Positions 21,632-30,158 of a stretch of DNA of 32,000 nucleotides are shown in pieces. Where the stretch lies: positions 86,088 to 118,087 of the forward strand of contig JAWCFL010000003.1 of assembly GCA_038858525.1 (NCBI GenBank), read 5' to 3'. Source of the stretch: Candidatus Jordarchaeales archaeon (GTDB lineage Archaea > Asgardarchaeota > Jordiarchaeia > Jordiarchaeales > Freyrarchaeaceae). How positions within the stretch are numbered: the first letter of the stretch is position 1; every line of letters begins with the position of its first letter. The notes under the pieces are model-generated. The model saw only the letters and a program-made list of their open reading frames with translations. It ran no database searches and was not told where the DNA came from. A program made the translations under genes and the position numbers.

Positions 21632-22393
21632 CTATAAATTCTTAAACATCTGAAGCTTCTTTGTAACGATATACCACTCTTTTTTATACTTCCTGTAGAG
21701 TCGAGTGTATTCTGTGGGGTCTATTTCACCGCTCTCAAACTTCTCTTCAAGCGACTGCAAAAGGTCTTCTATGGCTATTTTTTCACTTTCTAACTCTAGC
21801 CGCGCGTCAATCTCCAGCTTAACTGTTCTAGTGCTTGAGGCAGGAGGCTCTTGTGCTATATGGGTCGTTAAGCGACCCTTTAGCAAGGCGATTTCTTCAT
21901 CTTTCTCCTGAAGCTTTCTCTGAAGCTCCTTAAGCTGTTTCTCCAGCATGCTCACTCTTTCAACTGCTTCTGAGGCTACGGTGAGCGACTGAACGCTCTC
22001 ACTAGGAGTAACAGCAGCCATTTTCTTTGTGGGAGGTTTAAAGAGAGGACGAGGTGGTACTTTAGCAAAAGTTCCTTTGAGAGTGTTGACAACATGATAA
22101 ACATGGTATTCTGGCCTCCATTGCTCTAAAATGCTTAGATGAACTCGGCCCGTTTCTGAGTCGACGTTAGGATGATCAGTAGGAGAAACCATTCTGACGG
22201 ATGGAGGGTCGAGTGGAAAAGTTGGGGGGATCTTAATTTCAACTTCAAATTTAAGTCCTCTATACTCGCCTCTGCCCGCTATCTCTCCTCGCCATACGGT
22301 TAAGTCGCCATTCAGAGGAGAGAAGCCCTTGGCTCGTTCATACATTAGCTGTGCTTCTCGCGCAAGTATAAGTTCAAAATCTTCGCTAGACAA
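21632..22393 (-). CDS. vps23: UEV-Vps23/TSG101-like ESCRT-I subunit (inactive E2 fold, Pro-rich linker, coiled coil, steadiness box)
   Basis: WRGEIAG...EYRG..FEVEIKIPPTFPLDPPSVRM...DHPNVD..GRVHLSILEQWRP E2 fold; VPPRPLFKPP; heptad QLKELQRKLQEKDEEIALLK; C-terminal LQSLEEKFESGEIDPTEYTRLYR. Confidence 0.8.
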   Translation of the reverse strand: MSSEDFELILAREAQLMYERAKGFSPLNGDLTVWRGEIAGRGEYRGLKFEVEIKIPPTFPLDPPSVRMVSPTDHPNVDSETGRVHLSILEQWRPEYHVYHVVNTLKGTFAKVPPRPLFKPPTKKMAAVTPSESVQSLTVASEAVERVSMLEKQLKELQRKLQEKDEEIALLKGRLTTHIAQEPPASSTRTVKLEIDARLELESEKIAIEDLLQSLEEKFESGEIDPTEYTRLYRKYKKEWYIVTKKLQMFKNL

Positions 22394-22622
22394 TTTCGTC
22401 GACCCCTACGTTTCCATTAAAACTAATGATCAACCATAGAAATTAAAACTTTTGATATAGACAAAGTTATTTTGCTTTCCTCGAAAGGTAGCAGTAACAC
22501 TTATGGAAATGAAAATAGCGAGTAGGCACCTACCACCATATTACAGGTATTTTTAAATAAAAAGCGTGAAAAAGATTTTCGTATTCTTGAAAAGTTAGAT
22601 TCCTCATTTGAGGGTGGTTGGG

Positions 22623-23177
22623 ATGGGGTGCACCCCGAAAGCAGAAGGAAATATAGTAATAGGTGGGAGAGTGTATCCTGCGGACAAAGTTTTTAATGCG
22701 CTTGTAAAGGAAGGCTTCGCCGATGTGAGAGTAGAGGCAGGGGGGGTTCTCGTCATCGGAAGTGAACGCATACAACCGGTTTTTCAGAGCCTTCAGGATA
22801 AAGCTATGGCTATAACTTGCTATGGTAGCCTTGCCTATTGTTGCGGCCTGGAAAAAAATTGCGCAACCAGAGATGAAGCATTAAGACTACTAGGATTATC
22901 AGATGAAGACTACTTAAAGATAAAGAAGTACATGCATAACAAGTTTATAGAGTATGCGAGAGGGCTCTGGGGGACCCGTGATGAACAACTAGAACAATAC
23001 TTTACGAGGGATAATACCAGTTTTAACGATGGAGGAAACTATTGTTTCCATAGACGCAACATAAATAATGAAGACGGAGTTGGTTCAGAGGGGAACAAGA
23101 TATTTTGTACTTTTTGTGGAGAGACGCTTCCTTTGGATGCAAGATTCTGTAAAAGATGTGGCCATGCGTTACGATAA
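22623..23177 (+). CDS. Cys-rich protein with a methanogenesis-marker-9 (COG4008)-like motif and C-terminal double Zn ribbon
   Basis: TCYGSLAYCCGLEKNCATRDEALRLLGLSDEDYLKIK; C-terminal CTFCG...CKRCG; ATG 22623 behind GAGGGTGG. Confidence 0.6.
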   Translation: MGCTPKAEGNIVIGGRVYPADKVFNALVKEGFADVRVEAGGVLVIGSERIQPVFQSLQDKAMAITCYGSLAYCCGLEKNCATRDEALRLLGLSDEDYLKIKKYMHNKFIEYARGLWGTRDEQLEQYFTRDNTSFNDGGNYCFHRRNINNEDGVGSEGNKIFCTFCGETLPLDARFCKRCGHALR

Positions 23178-23228
23178 AAAAGTAAGAAATAGAGTGACTG
23201 AAAGAAGTAGTTGGGGCTCTTTGCTGTT

Positions 23229-24227
23229 TTAAATGTTTAAATGAAGCTCGCGCCAGCGCTTGTAGTTACGTGGAAACTTAGGATATGTTATGAGCTTGGT
23301 CGCATTGAAAAAGCTGGCTATTTTTCTTATAGATTCAAATTCGTCTTCGTCGGTGAACGACCAATACATGAAGGAGATTCTCCTACGCCTAGCTGTTATG
23401 TTTCTGAGGAATAGAAGACGTTGATTTAGAGCATTAAATTCTGGCGTGTCGACTTTAGGCAAAATCGGAGACCATGCATTAAGATTTATCAGGACGTGAT
23501 TAGTTATGCCTGAAAGGGACTCTATTTCTTGTCCGAAATGCCTGTAAGCGCCATCCTGATAACCTGTTCCGGGATCAAGGTTTACTGTTGAAAGAACGTC
23601 AATACCTTTTCCCTTGACGGTTTCGTGTATCTTTGATACTGCAGCGCTAATCTTTTCAGCACGCCATTTGAACCATTTAGAGAGAACTTCTGGGTCGTCG
23701 CGCAGAGATTCAAAGCCCGCTACGAAGTCGAGGCCTGCAACTTTCGCGAACTCGTTTTTGCACGTATTACAGAAGCAGTAGTTCTCGCGGACATATGAGA
23801 GCCCCTGAAGAATTATACCTTTTATGGGAAAGTCTGACAACTCGTCCGCTATATTTGCCAAATAGCTCCAGAAAGCTTCTCTGTTTGGGCAAACAAATCC
23901 ATCTGCAGCTACGCCATCAGAATTATACGTTTTATAACTTGGGTCAACTGCATAATAATCATCGATAAACACGTTAATCACAGCATAAAGAGTGATCCCG
24001 GCTGCACCAGCAGCTTCGGCTATTGTTGAAAAGAAGTCTCCATACGTTTCATGTAGGGGAGCGTGTTTACTGTTGTAGAGGGCAAATCCACTCTCGTCTT
24101 TTGCAACTGCGGCAATTTGCCCCATGTAACCTCCGAAGTCAGCCATAAACTCATCAGCACTTTTCCCCAATGTATAGGGGTCTACAACTAAAAGCACGTT
24201 ACGAGCCAAAAGGTCACGTATCTCCAT
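23229..24227 (-). CDS. Glycoside-hydrolase-like TIM-barrel protein (GHL6/GHL10-like) with Cys cluster
   Basis: IAEAAGAAGITLYAVINV, GFVCPN, GIILQGLSY, YCFCNTCKNEF, WFKWRAEKIS; ATG 24227 behind GGTG (GTG 24239 alternative). Confidence 0.6.
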   Translation of the reverse strand: MEIRDLLARNVLLVVDPYTLGKSADEFMADFGGYMGQIAAVAKDESGFALYNSKHAPLHETYGDFFSTIAEAAGAAGITLYAVINVFIDDYYAVDPSYKTYNSDGVAADGFVCPNREAFWSYLANIADELSDFPIKGIILQGLSYVRENYCFCNTCKNEFAKVAGLDFVAGFESLRDDPEVLSKWFKWRAEKISAAVSKIHETVKGKGIDVLSTVNLDPGTGYQDGAYRHFGQEIESLSGITNHVLINLNAWSPILPKVDTPEFNALNQRLLFLRNITARRRRISFMYWSFTDEDEFESIRKIASFFNATKLITYPKFPRNYKRWRELHLNI

Positions 24228-24357
24228 TATTAACACCACGAAACTTCTACTCTTAAAAAATTAGGGAGATAACCAAATAAAAAAGTTTACTCTAATAAAG
24301 TTAAAGTCAAATAACAGGTCAAAAGATAAAAATTAGATACCTCCTATTTATGAGGGT

Positions 24358-26979
24358 TCATATCCATGATTCTAAACGGGTTAACCCAACAATTTTATCA
24401 AACTCCAGCCCTAGTGCATCTAAGACTTGTTCAAAGGTTGAACGGAGATATTCTTTGTATTTTTCGGTATCTATTTCCTCTTTCTTTGCCAATTCTACTG
24501 GTTTAACACCTTCTTTACCTTTAACTTTGACGAATGAGATTATGTCACCGGGTTTAATCTCTTTCCCAAACGATGAAAGTTGCCTTGCGGCTTTAACGTG
24601 TTGCGGAGTGGTTTTTACGTAACTTTTAAGAGACTTGGTTAACTGAACTCGAAATGCAAATTCTTCAAGGCTATATTCTTTTCTCTGAATTTTAAAGTAA
24701 CATGTGCGCGCGATATCTTCGATCATCGTTTTTGCCTCGTTGAAGTCTTTTTCTGAGCGTACTTTGCTTAGAGCCTCAACCATTTTGAGAAACGCCTCTT
24801 GGATGAACTGCGGAGAGTTGCGCTTTCTTCCAGTAAGACCTTTGATATCTACTGACCCGTCTTCAAAAACACCCAAATAATTTTTCTTCCTTTCAGAGAA
24901 AGCGACGTAACGGTAAACTTTATCTATATCTAGGTCTACACTTAGAGTTTTTTGAGCCCACCTGATTAGCTCCTCTATTTTTTCTTTTTGAGGGTTCTTT
25001 ATAAATACGCTGTCTGTGTCTCCATAGATGATTTCTAGGGAAAGCTCCTGTGCTTTACTTATTGTTGTCTCGATAGTATATCTGCCTATAGCCGCAGTAC
25101 TTTCCGCCACCGGTAAGCAATAGAAGGGGAAATGCTCTGCTCCAAAAACACCATAACTCGCGTTTATAAAGACTTTAAGTGCACGTTCAACGACCGAATA
25201 CCATTTTCGCAACCCTTCACTTAAACTTTTATCTTTAGATTTTGGTTTGAACCACTTAACGCGTATGTCTCTTAAGAAGCCGATTATAAGGGAGCTCATA
25301 CCCCGCCTCTTCGTACAAACCCAGTGGGTGGTTTCTGGAACAACGTTCACGCGGCACTCTTCATGTGGGCATCTTACGGTCTCATAGCTTAGATTATACT
25401 CTTTTATTATGCTAGGATACAGGGAGGCGAAGTCTAACACTGCAACGTTGAAGTGTACTCCTGGTTTTGGCTTAACCACCTTTGCTCCCTTAAACTTTTT
25501 ATCCTTAGTAATGGGTTTTGTATCGCTTACATTTTTCATTGATGCTATGTCCTCTGGTCTAGAGATTAGGTAACCTTTCGCTCTATGCTCGTAATAGAAG
25601 AGGCTTTTAATCCATGAGGATACGCCCTGCCTGACTAAGTCTTCCATGGATAAGCGCGAAATTCTCATTAGCAGAATTATTAGTTTCATCACTAAGTTAT
25701 CGTCGAACCGTGTTAACTCAAGAGTTATGTATGCGTCTTGCCAGCAGTATGCGGCTAGTTTAAGAAGCGGTAGCTGCGATAAATCCTCTTCAACTTCCAT
25801 TTTTCCTATGTTTATAAGTGACTTGGAAATGGCATCCAACGTTTCTTCCTTATACTTGTTTGAAAAAGCGTAAACTTGGATTGAACGATTATGGAAAAAC
25901 TTGTAAAGGTCAACGTGAACTCCGTAGTGAAGATAAGCAGCATCCTTAGTTAGGGTTATCGGAATCTCGTCTTTAGAAAAACCTAACTTTAAAGCTCTAT
26001 GATAAAGATAGTTTAAGTCAAAATTATCGCCGTTGAACGTCAAAACTACGGGATATTTGTTAATCTCGGCAAATATCTTTCTTAAGAGGTCACACTCATT
26101 AGTGAAGTATTCTACATTGAATTTACCAACTAGTTCGCTAGGCATTTCTCCTTCATCCATATCTTCCCTTTTTAAAATGAGGACAATAGATTTACCATCG
26201 TTTGACACTAAGGCGGCGCATATAACTTCGTTTTCCGCTGTTTCAGGATCAGGAATCCTGTCAATTACACTAGAAACTTCTATGTCCACAGCCACCCGCC
26301 TAATGTCTGGAACAGGAGCCATGAAAGATGGAAGGAAATCTGTTAGAATTTCCTGAAACTCCTCAGGTTCATCTCTAAATAGGTCCATAATTTCTTTTTC
26401 TTCCTTAAAATGGAGAGGGACAGGCTCTAAATTTCCTTCTTTGATTCTCCAAAACATGCCTGGAGTTAATCGCCTATCATAAGTGTAACAATGATGATAA
26501 GGTATTTTGTCCTCCCACGTGTTAGCAACAATTTCTCTAATAGAAGAAGAGGTACCACCTATCGCTAACGGGTTGCTTCCGATTATCTTTGTCATTTTAA
26601 TTTTTCTGTCATGAAGCAGGTCATACTTTTCTACAATTTCAAATCCAACCAGGCCATTGTGAGACATCAACCTTGGATTCTTCTTTAACTCTTCGGTACT
26701 CAAATCTGAAAGACAGTAAGGGCGATGCCCTGTATTATCATACCACCAGAAAAGCTTACCACTTTCAGGGTCATACAAGCGCACATAGGCACAATTTCGC
26801 TCACCGTCATAATCCACTGAAAGAAGAAGGCATGCTCCAGTGTTCTCCGGCGCATATGAAGCACCAAATGCCACCCCAACAGTACAACCGGCTTTGCTAT
26901 CAGCGTCGTTATTAATATCTTCTTTTTTTTCTGTTTCACGAGACGAGATAAACTGAAGAAGTGTAGTTTCCTTATACAT
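24358..26979 (-). CDS. polB1: Family B DNA polymerase, PolB1-type, intein-free
   Basis: Exo I VAVDIEV, Exo II FNGDNFD, Exo III YCWQDA; Pol DFASLYPSII, KVFINASYGVFG, YGDTDSVF, RKKNYLG; B1-type N-domain LLSVDYDG...WYDNTGHRPYCLS. Confidence 0.95.
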   Translation of the reverse strand: MYKETTLLQFISSRETEKKEDINNDADSKAGCTVGVAFGASYAPENTGACLLLSVDYDGERNCAYVRLYDPESGKLFWWYDNTGHRPYCLSDLSTEELKKNPRLMSHNGLVGFEIVEKYDLLHDRKIKMTKIIGSNPLAIGGTSSSIREIVANTWEDKIPYHHCYTYDRRLTPGMFWRIKEGNLEPVPLHFKEEKEIMDLFRDEPEEFQEILTDFLPSFMAPVPDIRRVAVDIEVSSVIDRIPDPETAENEVICAALVSNDGKSIVLILKREDMDEGEMPSELVGKFNVEYFTNECDLLRKIFAEINKYPVVLTFNGDNFDLNYLYHRALKLGFSKDEIPITLTKDAAYLHYGVHVDLYKFFHNRSIQVYAFSNKYKEETLDAISKSLINIGKMEVEEDLSQLPLLKLAAYCWQDAYITLELTRFDDNLVMKLIILLMRISRLSMEDLVRQGVSSWIKSLFYYEHRAKGYLISRPEDIASMKNVSDTKPITKDKKFKGAKVVKPKPGVHFNVAVLDFASLYPSIIKEYNLSYETVRCPHEECRVNVVPETTHWVCTKRRGMSSLIIGFLRDIRVKWFKPKSKDKSLSEGLRKWYSVVERALKVFINASYGVFGAEHFPFYCLPVAESTAAIGRYTIETTISKAQELSLEIIYGDTDSVFIKNPQKEKIEELIRWAQKTLSVDLDIDKVYRYVAFSERKKNYLGVFEDGSVDIKGLTGRKRNSPQFIQEAFLKMVEALSKVRSEKDFNEAKTMIEDIARTCYFKIQRKEYSLEEFAFRVQLTKSLKSYVKTTPQHVKAARQLSSFGKEIKPGDIISFVKVKGKEGVKPVELAKKEEIDTEKYKEYLRSTFEQVLDALGLEFDKIVGLTRLESWI

Positions 26980-27220
26980 TAAGGCTCCTCCCTAAAATTA
27001 AGGGAAAAGGGCCCCCTAAATAAGTTTATGTAACCGAAAATGCTGGTGGAATAGTGATTAGATTATTCAAAAAAGAAAAGTTATTATTGGGAGACGATTA
27101 TTTTTTCTTTTCCGAAAAATAAAAGAGAATAAGTGTTTAAATACTGCGAAAGAAAAAGAGTTACTTGTAAAAAGAGAGTTAACAAAGACATCAGCTTATA
27201 TAAAAAGGGAGGGAGAATCT

Positions 27221-28420
27221 ATGAGTTCTTTTAATTGGAAAATTCTTTTTAATGAAACTCAGAAAGAAAGGGGACGTTTAGCATTAAACTATCGTGGACT
27301 TAAGGGCCTACTGGAAGAAGCGGGATTCCAATGCATTAGACTGGTGGATTCTCCTATAACTGAAGATAAACTTGAAAAATTCGATATATTCGTAATTCCA
27401 TGCCCAGACCAGTCCAAGTTTAACCCGTCAGAAATAGATGTGATAGTGAATTTCGTATCTCGTGGAGGCGGCCTTTTAATCATGAGCCATGCAGGAGGAG
27501 ACCCTGGGTTAAGAACCAACCTGAATTCTATAGCGGAAAAGTTCGGAATATCTTTCCAAAACAATCAGGTTACAGACGAAAGACAGAATTTCGTCCATAG
27601 TAATATGCCTAAGATTACACGTTTTTCAAGCCACCCAATTACGCAGGGAATTAATGAAATATGTTATCCTGCAGGTTGTAGTTTAAAGATCGTTGGTGGA
27701 AACGCTGAAGGAGTAGCCTTTGCAAGTAAAACTGCAGAACCTCCGGAAGCGATAGTTGCTGCTACCGCTGAGTTTGGAGCGGGCAAAGTTGTGGCTTTAG
27801 GTTCATATGAAATCTTCAGAGACAGAACAGCTGGCGGATTAAACACAGCTCAGAACGCATCTTTCGCTTTAAACATTTTTAACTGGCTTAAAGAGAAGAA
27901 AATAGTTCATAAGGCTTCGCCTTTAAGAGAAACGAAAGAGGAGAGAGTTGCTATCACTTATGAGACGCCTGCAATTGCTTCGCTTGACAAGGAAACAATT
28001 ACGGAGACGCCTGGAATTACCGCGTACACCCCTCAGCTCGATAAGATTTTAATGGAGGTCACTAATTTACGAAAACGCTTTGATTCGTTCGTGAATGAGT
28101 TTAGAACGTTTGCTGCAAGAATGCTGTCCCAGAAAGGAGGGCCATCAATCGTCACGAGAATACCAACCGAGACACAAAAGGAGCAACTACCTCCGATGAT
28201 GGTCGAAGAAATAGAAGAACTTGAGGGCAGGCTTAAGTCTCTTAAAGATCAACTTGAATACATCACAATGAGGTATCAAGCAGGAGCTATAGAAAAAGCA
28301 GAGTACGCTGTTCAACGTTCAAAGTTGCGTGGAGAAATACGCACAATAATCGGAAAAATAAAGGCGCTAAAAGAGAAAGCAGGTATACCTTATGAAGAAT
28401 ATGAAATAGAGGAAGAGTGA
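27221..28420 (+). CDS. IFT52/GldG-like (class I glutamine-amidotransferase-like) domain protein with C-terminal coiled coil and steadiness-box-like hairpin
   Basis: KILFNETQKE, LEKFDIFVIPCP...FNPSEIDVIVNFVSRGGGLLIMS, HPITQGI, GAGKVVALGS..IF, NASFALNIFNWL; tail LKDQLEYITMRYQAGAIEKAEYAVQR. Confidence 0.7.
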   Translation: MSSFNWKILFNETQKERGRLALNYRGLKGLLEEAGFQCIRLVDSPITEDKLEKFDIFVIPCPDQSKFNPSEIDVIVNFVSRGGGLLIMSHAGGDPGLRTNLNSIAEKFGISFQNNQVTDERQNFVHSNMPKITRFSSHPITQGINEICYPAGCSLKIVGGNAEGVAFASKTAEPPEAIVAATAEFGAGKVVALGSYEIFRDRTAGGLNTAQNASFALNIFNWLKEKKIVHKASPLRETKEERVAITYETPAIASLDKETITETPGITAYTPQLDKILMEVTNLRKRFDSFVNEFRTFAARMLSQKGGPSIVTRIPTETQKEQLPPMMVEEIEELEGRLKSLKDQLEYITMRYQAGAIEKAEYAVQRSKLRGEIRTIIGKIKALKEKAGIPYEEYEIEEE

Positions 28421-28537
28421 GAACATTTTAGTCTCGTTTTAATTTTACCTTTATTTATCTAAAAAGGTCAGACGACTTTAAAGCAACAGAAATATTTTCA
28501 GAAATAACTTTTGGAAAGAGGCTCTGGATGAGGTAAG

Positions 28538-29119
28538 TCAATGCTTTCCTTTTTTTAACATTTCTCTTCGTTCTATTTCTTCCACTTTTTTTCGTATCCA
28601 AGAATTAAGAATCGATTTTGCTTCAGGCATCATTACTTTTACTTTGTCAAATAACCCTACTATGAAGGAAATTATTTCGTCTACTCTCCACCGGTCTTCA
28701 TGTGTGAAGAGAAAGCCGACATCATATTCTTCCTCTGGCTCGATAACATTAAGTTTCTTCCTAGAAAGCTCACGCACTAATTTCCTGATTAAGTATTTTT
28801 CGACCTCATCGTGCTTTTCGAATTTAAGAGAAATTGTAGAGCTGTTAATCGTTTTCCGCCCTTTTCCAAGTTTGCTTTCAACTTCTTGATAATTTGCACT
28901 GCTACATCGGTCTTCACATAAAATGCATGGAATGTCAACACCCCTTCCAGGGCATGTATGAGGCTCGAGGTCTAGGAGGAAACGGAGAGCATCGGCCAGC
29001 TCTTCCAATTCGAGAACAGTTATTTCTTCCATTTCATCGAAATTTTCATGGAGAAATGATGAGTCTAAATCATCTTTTACACCAAATCTAAACTCTCTTT
29101 TTTCCTCGTCAAAGCTCAA
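28538..29119 (-). CDS. Hypothetical protein with His/Cys cluster
   Basis: ~193 aa, HTCPGRGVDIPCILCEDRC; TTG 29119 behind GAGGTG SD (track start 29128). Confidence 0.6.
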   Translation of the reverse strand: MSFDEEKREFRFGVKDDLDSSFLHENFDEMEEITVLELEELADALRFLLDLEPHTCPGRGVDIPCILCEDRCSSANYQEVESKLGKGRKTINSSTISLKFEKHDEVEKYLIRKLVRELSRKKLNVIEPEEEYDVGFLFTHEDRWRVDEIISFIVGLFDKVKVMMPEAKSILNSWIRKKVEEIERREMLKKGKH

Positions 29120-29315
29120 AATAACCACCTCAACACTAGTAAGAAAACTCCCTTCCCCATAGGAGACTAATTACCAGAAACACTTTTATTTTTTCTTCTT
29201 ACATCTAGAAAAAAGAGTGATCATAAACAATTATTACTTAAAGAGCGCGAAGTAACTCAAATTTGGGGGTTTTCCAAAAAACGCATGGTCCCTTGAGAGG
29301 AGCGTATAAAAAATT

Positions 29316-30098
29316 ATGCAGATGGAGAAAGTAATGATTTTACATGTTCCAAGGTTTATGAATGCCAGCAGGCTGGCGGGAAAACGCATCCTTAATGTAT
29401 ATTTCGATGCATTCTTTCTTCCTCTACCGGAGGAAATGAATGAAGCTATGAGAAGCTTTTTGTTAAACGAAATAGAGGAGGACGAGATATGGAATGAATA
29501 CAGAATCTTGACAGGGGCAAATGAACCAATGACGCGTTTCTTGAAGAACTTCTTTTCACCTATTATTAACTCTCTTAAAGTAAAGTTTGGACAAAATGAA
29601 TTTGACATTTACTGTTATCATAACGCAACTACACATGCTGAAAACGCCAATCTTTCGGAGGAGCAACTACTCCTTGAATTTAGATGTAAAGCAACCGGGA
29701 AGCTCTTTTTGGATGAATGGAGACAACTGCTCAAAAAGCTTGTTGGAGAAAGCGAAGAGAACTATTATAGGAAGTTGCTAATCTTGCTCAGCAGGCATTA
29801 CGAGCCAGTTATCTTAACGTATGACGCCAGCGTCAGATTCTTGAAGGAAAAATTGAGTGATTGGAGAGTCAAAGTCGAGTATACTTATTATTATTGGCGT
29901 TCACCCATGGAACAGTTACTAGTTTACAGCATGATTCACGGAGTTGACGGTATAACGAAGGAAGACTTCGAAAAAGCCGTAAAGCAACAAATAGATTACC
30001 TCGATTTTATTTTAGCAGAGAAAAACATTGACATAGCCCACGAAAAATGGGCTGAAAAAGCTTCTAAGAGTTTAGTAAGGAGAAGGTATTTACGTTGA
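29316..30098 (+). CDS. Hypothetical protein (mainly helical)
   Basis: 260-aa ORF with protein-like composition, 36-60 bp upstream of fae-hps, same strand. Confidence 0.65.
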   Translation: MQMEKVMILHVPRFMNASRLAGKRILNVYFDAFFLPLPEEMNEAMRSFLLNEIEEDEIWNEYRILTGANEPMTRFLKNFFSPIINSLKVKFGQNEFDIYCYHNATTHAENANLSEEQLLLEFRCKATGKLFLDEWRQLLKKLVGESEENYYRKLLILLSRHYEPVILTYDASVRFLKEKLSDWRVKVEYTYYYWRSPMEQLLVYSMIHGVDGITKEDFEKAVKQQIDYLDFILAEKNIDIAHEKWAEKASKSLVRRRYLR

Positions 30099-30158
30099 TG
30101 GACGCTCAGAAAGTTTAAATCGATAATTAAACATATGGGAACATCCCAAGGAGGAGTC

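Noticed and set aside
24358-26979. Intein in the PolB or RpoB genes
   Set aside because: Lengths (873 aa and 1114 aa) are normal and the conserved motifs are contiguous; no LAGLIDADG or C/S...HN splice motifs
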